Below, piece by piece: positions 37,908 to 38,108 of a stretch of DNA of 38,108 nucleotides. The notes beneath the pieces are model-generated. The model was given only the letters and a program-made list of their open reading frames with translations, had not been told where the DNA came from and made no database searches. This DNA comes from a virus (lineage: Duplodnaviria > Heunggongvirae > Uroviricota > Caudoviricetes). Both the position numbers and the translations under genes were made by a program. How positions within the stretch are numbered: position 1 is the first letter of the stretch; every line of letters begins with the position of its first letter. The stretch lies in the IMG/VR virus record IMGVR_UViG_2563366933_000009, positions 1-38,108 of that record; one strand, written 5' to 3'.

Positions 37908-38108
37908 ATGCAACACGAACTACAGCCTGATTCACTGGTTGATTTGAAATTCATCATGGCCGATACTGGCTTCGGTAAAACCTTCATCTACGACCGGATT
38001 AAGTCCGGCGACCTGCCAAAAGCCAAAGTTATCCACGGACGAGCAAGATGGTTATATCGTGACCATTGTGAATTCAAAAATAAGCTCTTAAGCCGCGCTA
38101 ATGGGTAA
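37908..38108 (+). CDS. xis: Excisionase-like (AlpA/Xis family) DNA-binding protein
   Basis: 66 aa; LVDLKFIMADTGFGKTFIYDRIKSGDLP...RWLYRDH fits the winged-helix excisionase/AlpA pattern; last gene before the expected integrase, which lies beyond the window. Confidence 0.6.
   Translation: MQHELQPDSLVDLKFIMADTGFGKTFIYDRIKSGDLPKAKVIHGRARWLYRDHCEFKNKLLSRANG

Overview
The window is a nearly complete P22-like lambdoid prophage of an enterobacterial host, a mosaic of P22-type structural genes with lambda-type N/nut and lysis modules. Product calls rest on my recall of protein families and motifs read from the ORF translations; no database search was run. Coordinates of non-CDS features are approximate (a few nt).

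Layout, left to right:
- 1-252: a (CTTGAGT)13 tandem repeat at the window edge and an AT-rich probable attR/host junction.
- 253-6059: tailspike (minus strand) and an expanded immI-like accessory island: two Mnt-like RHH repressors, Arc, a split antirepressor (Bro-N ORF plus KilAC ORF), a putative sar-like antisense RNA, and a small membrane protein.
- 6068-19791 (minus strand): P22-type virion and packaging module: ejection proteins gp16/gp20/gp7, gp14, tail needle gp26, gp10, gp4, coat, scaffold, portal, TerL, TerS.
- 19871-23211 (minus): hypotheticals, Rha, then a lambda-type lysis cassette (S, R, Rz/Rz1).
- 23212-29716 (minus): degenerate tRNA-like element, Q-like antiterminator, nin region (NinH, RusA, YbcO-like, NinF, NinE, NinB), DnaB-type helicase, O-like initiator with internal ori iterons, cII, nutR.
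- 29717-31263: immunity region: cro (minus), OR operators, cI (plus) co-transcribed with a small membrane protein, terminator, OL/PL, nutL.
- 31462-38108 (plus): lambda-like N, AT-rich moron-like ORFs, cIII- and Kil-like peptides, RecT, Ea22-like paralogs, DUF551 protein, Xis-like protein. The integrase and attL lie beyond the right edge.

The most interesting candidates for an undescribed function are the two paralogous small single-TM proteins, each placed directly downstream of a lysogeny repressor (cI at 30739-31053; Mnt-like at 5739-6059). Next are the rearranged immI island with its sar-like antisense candidate, the tRNA-like element between Q and the holin, and the terminator-flanked AT-rich ORFs after N.
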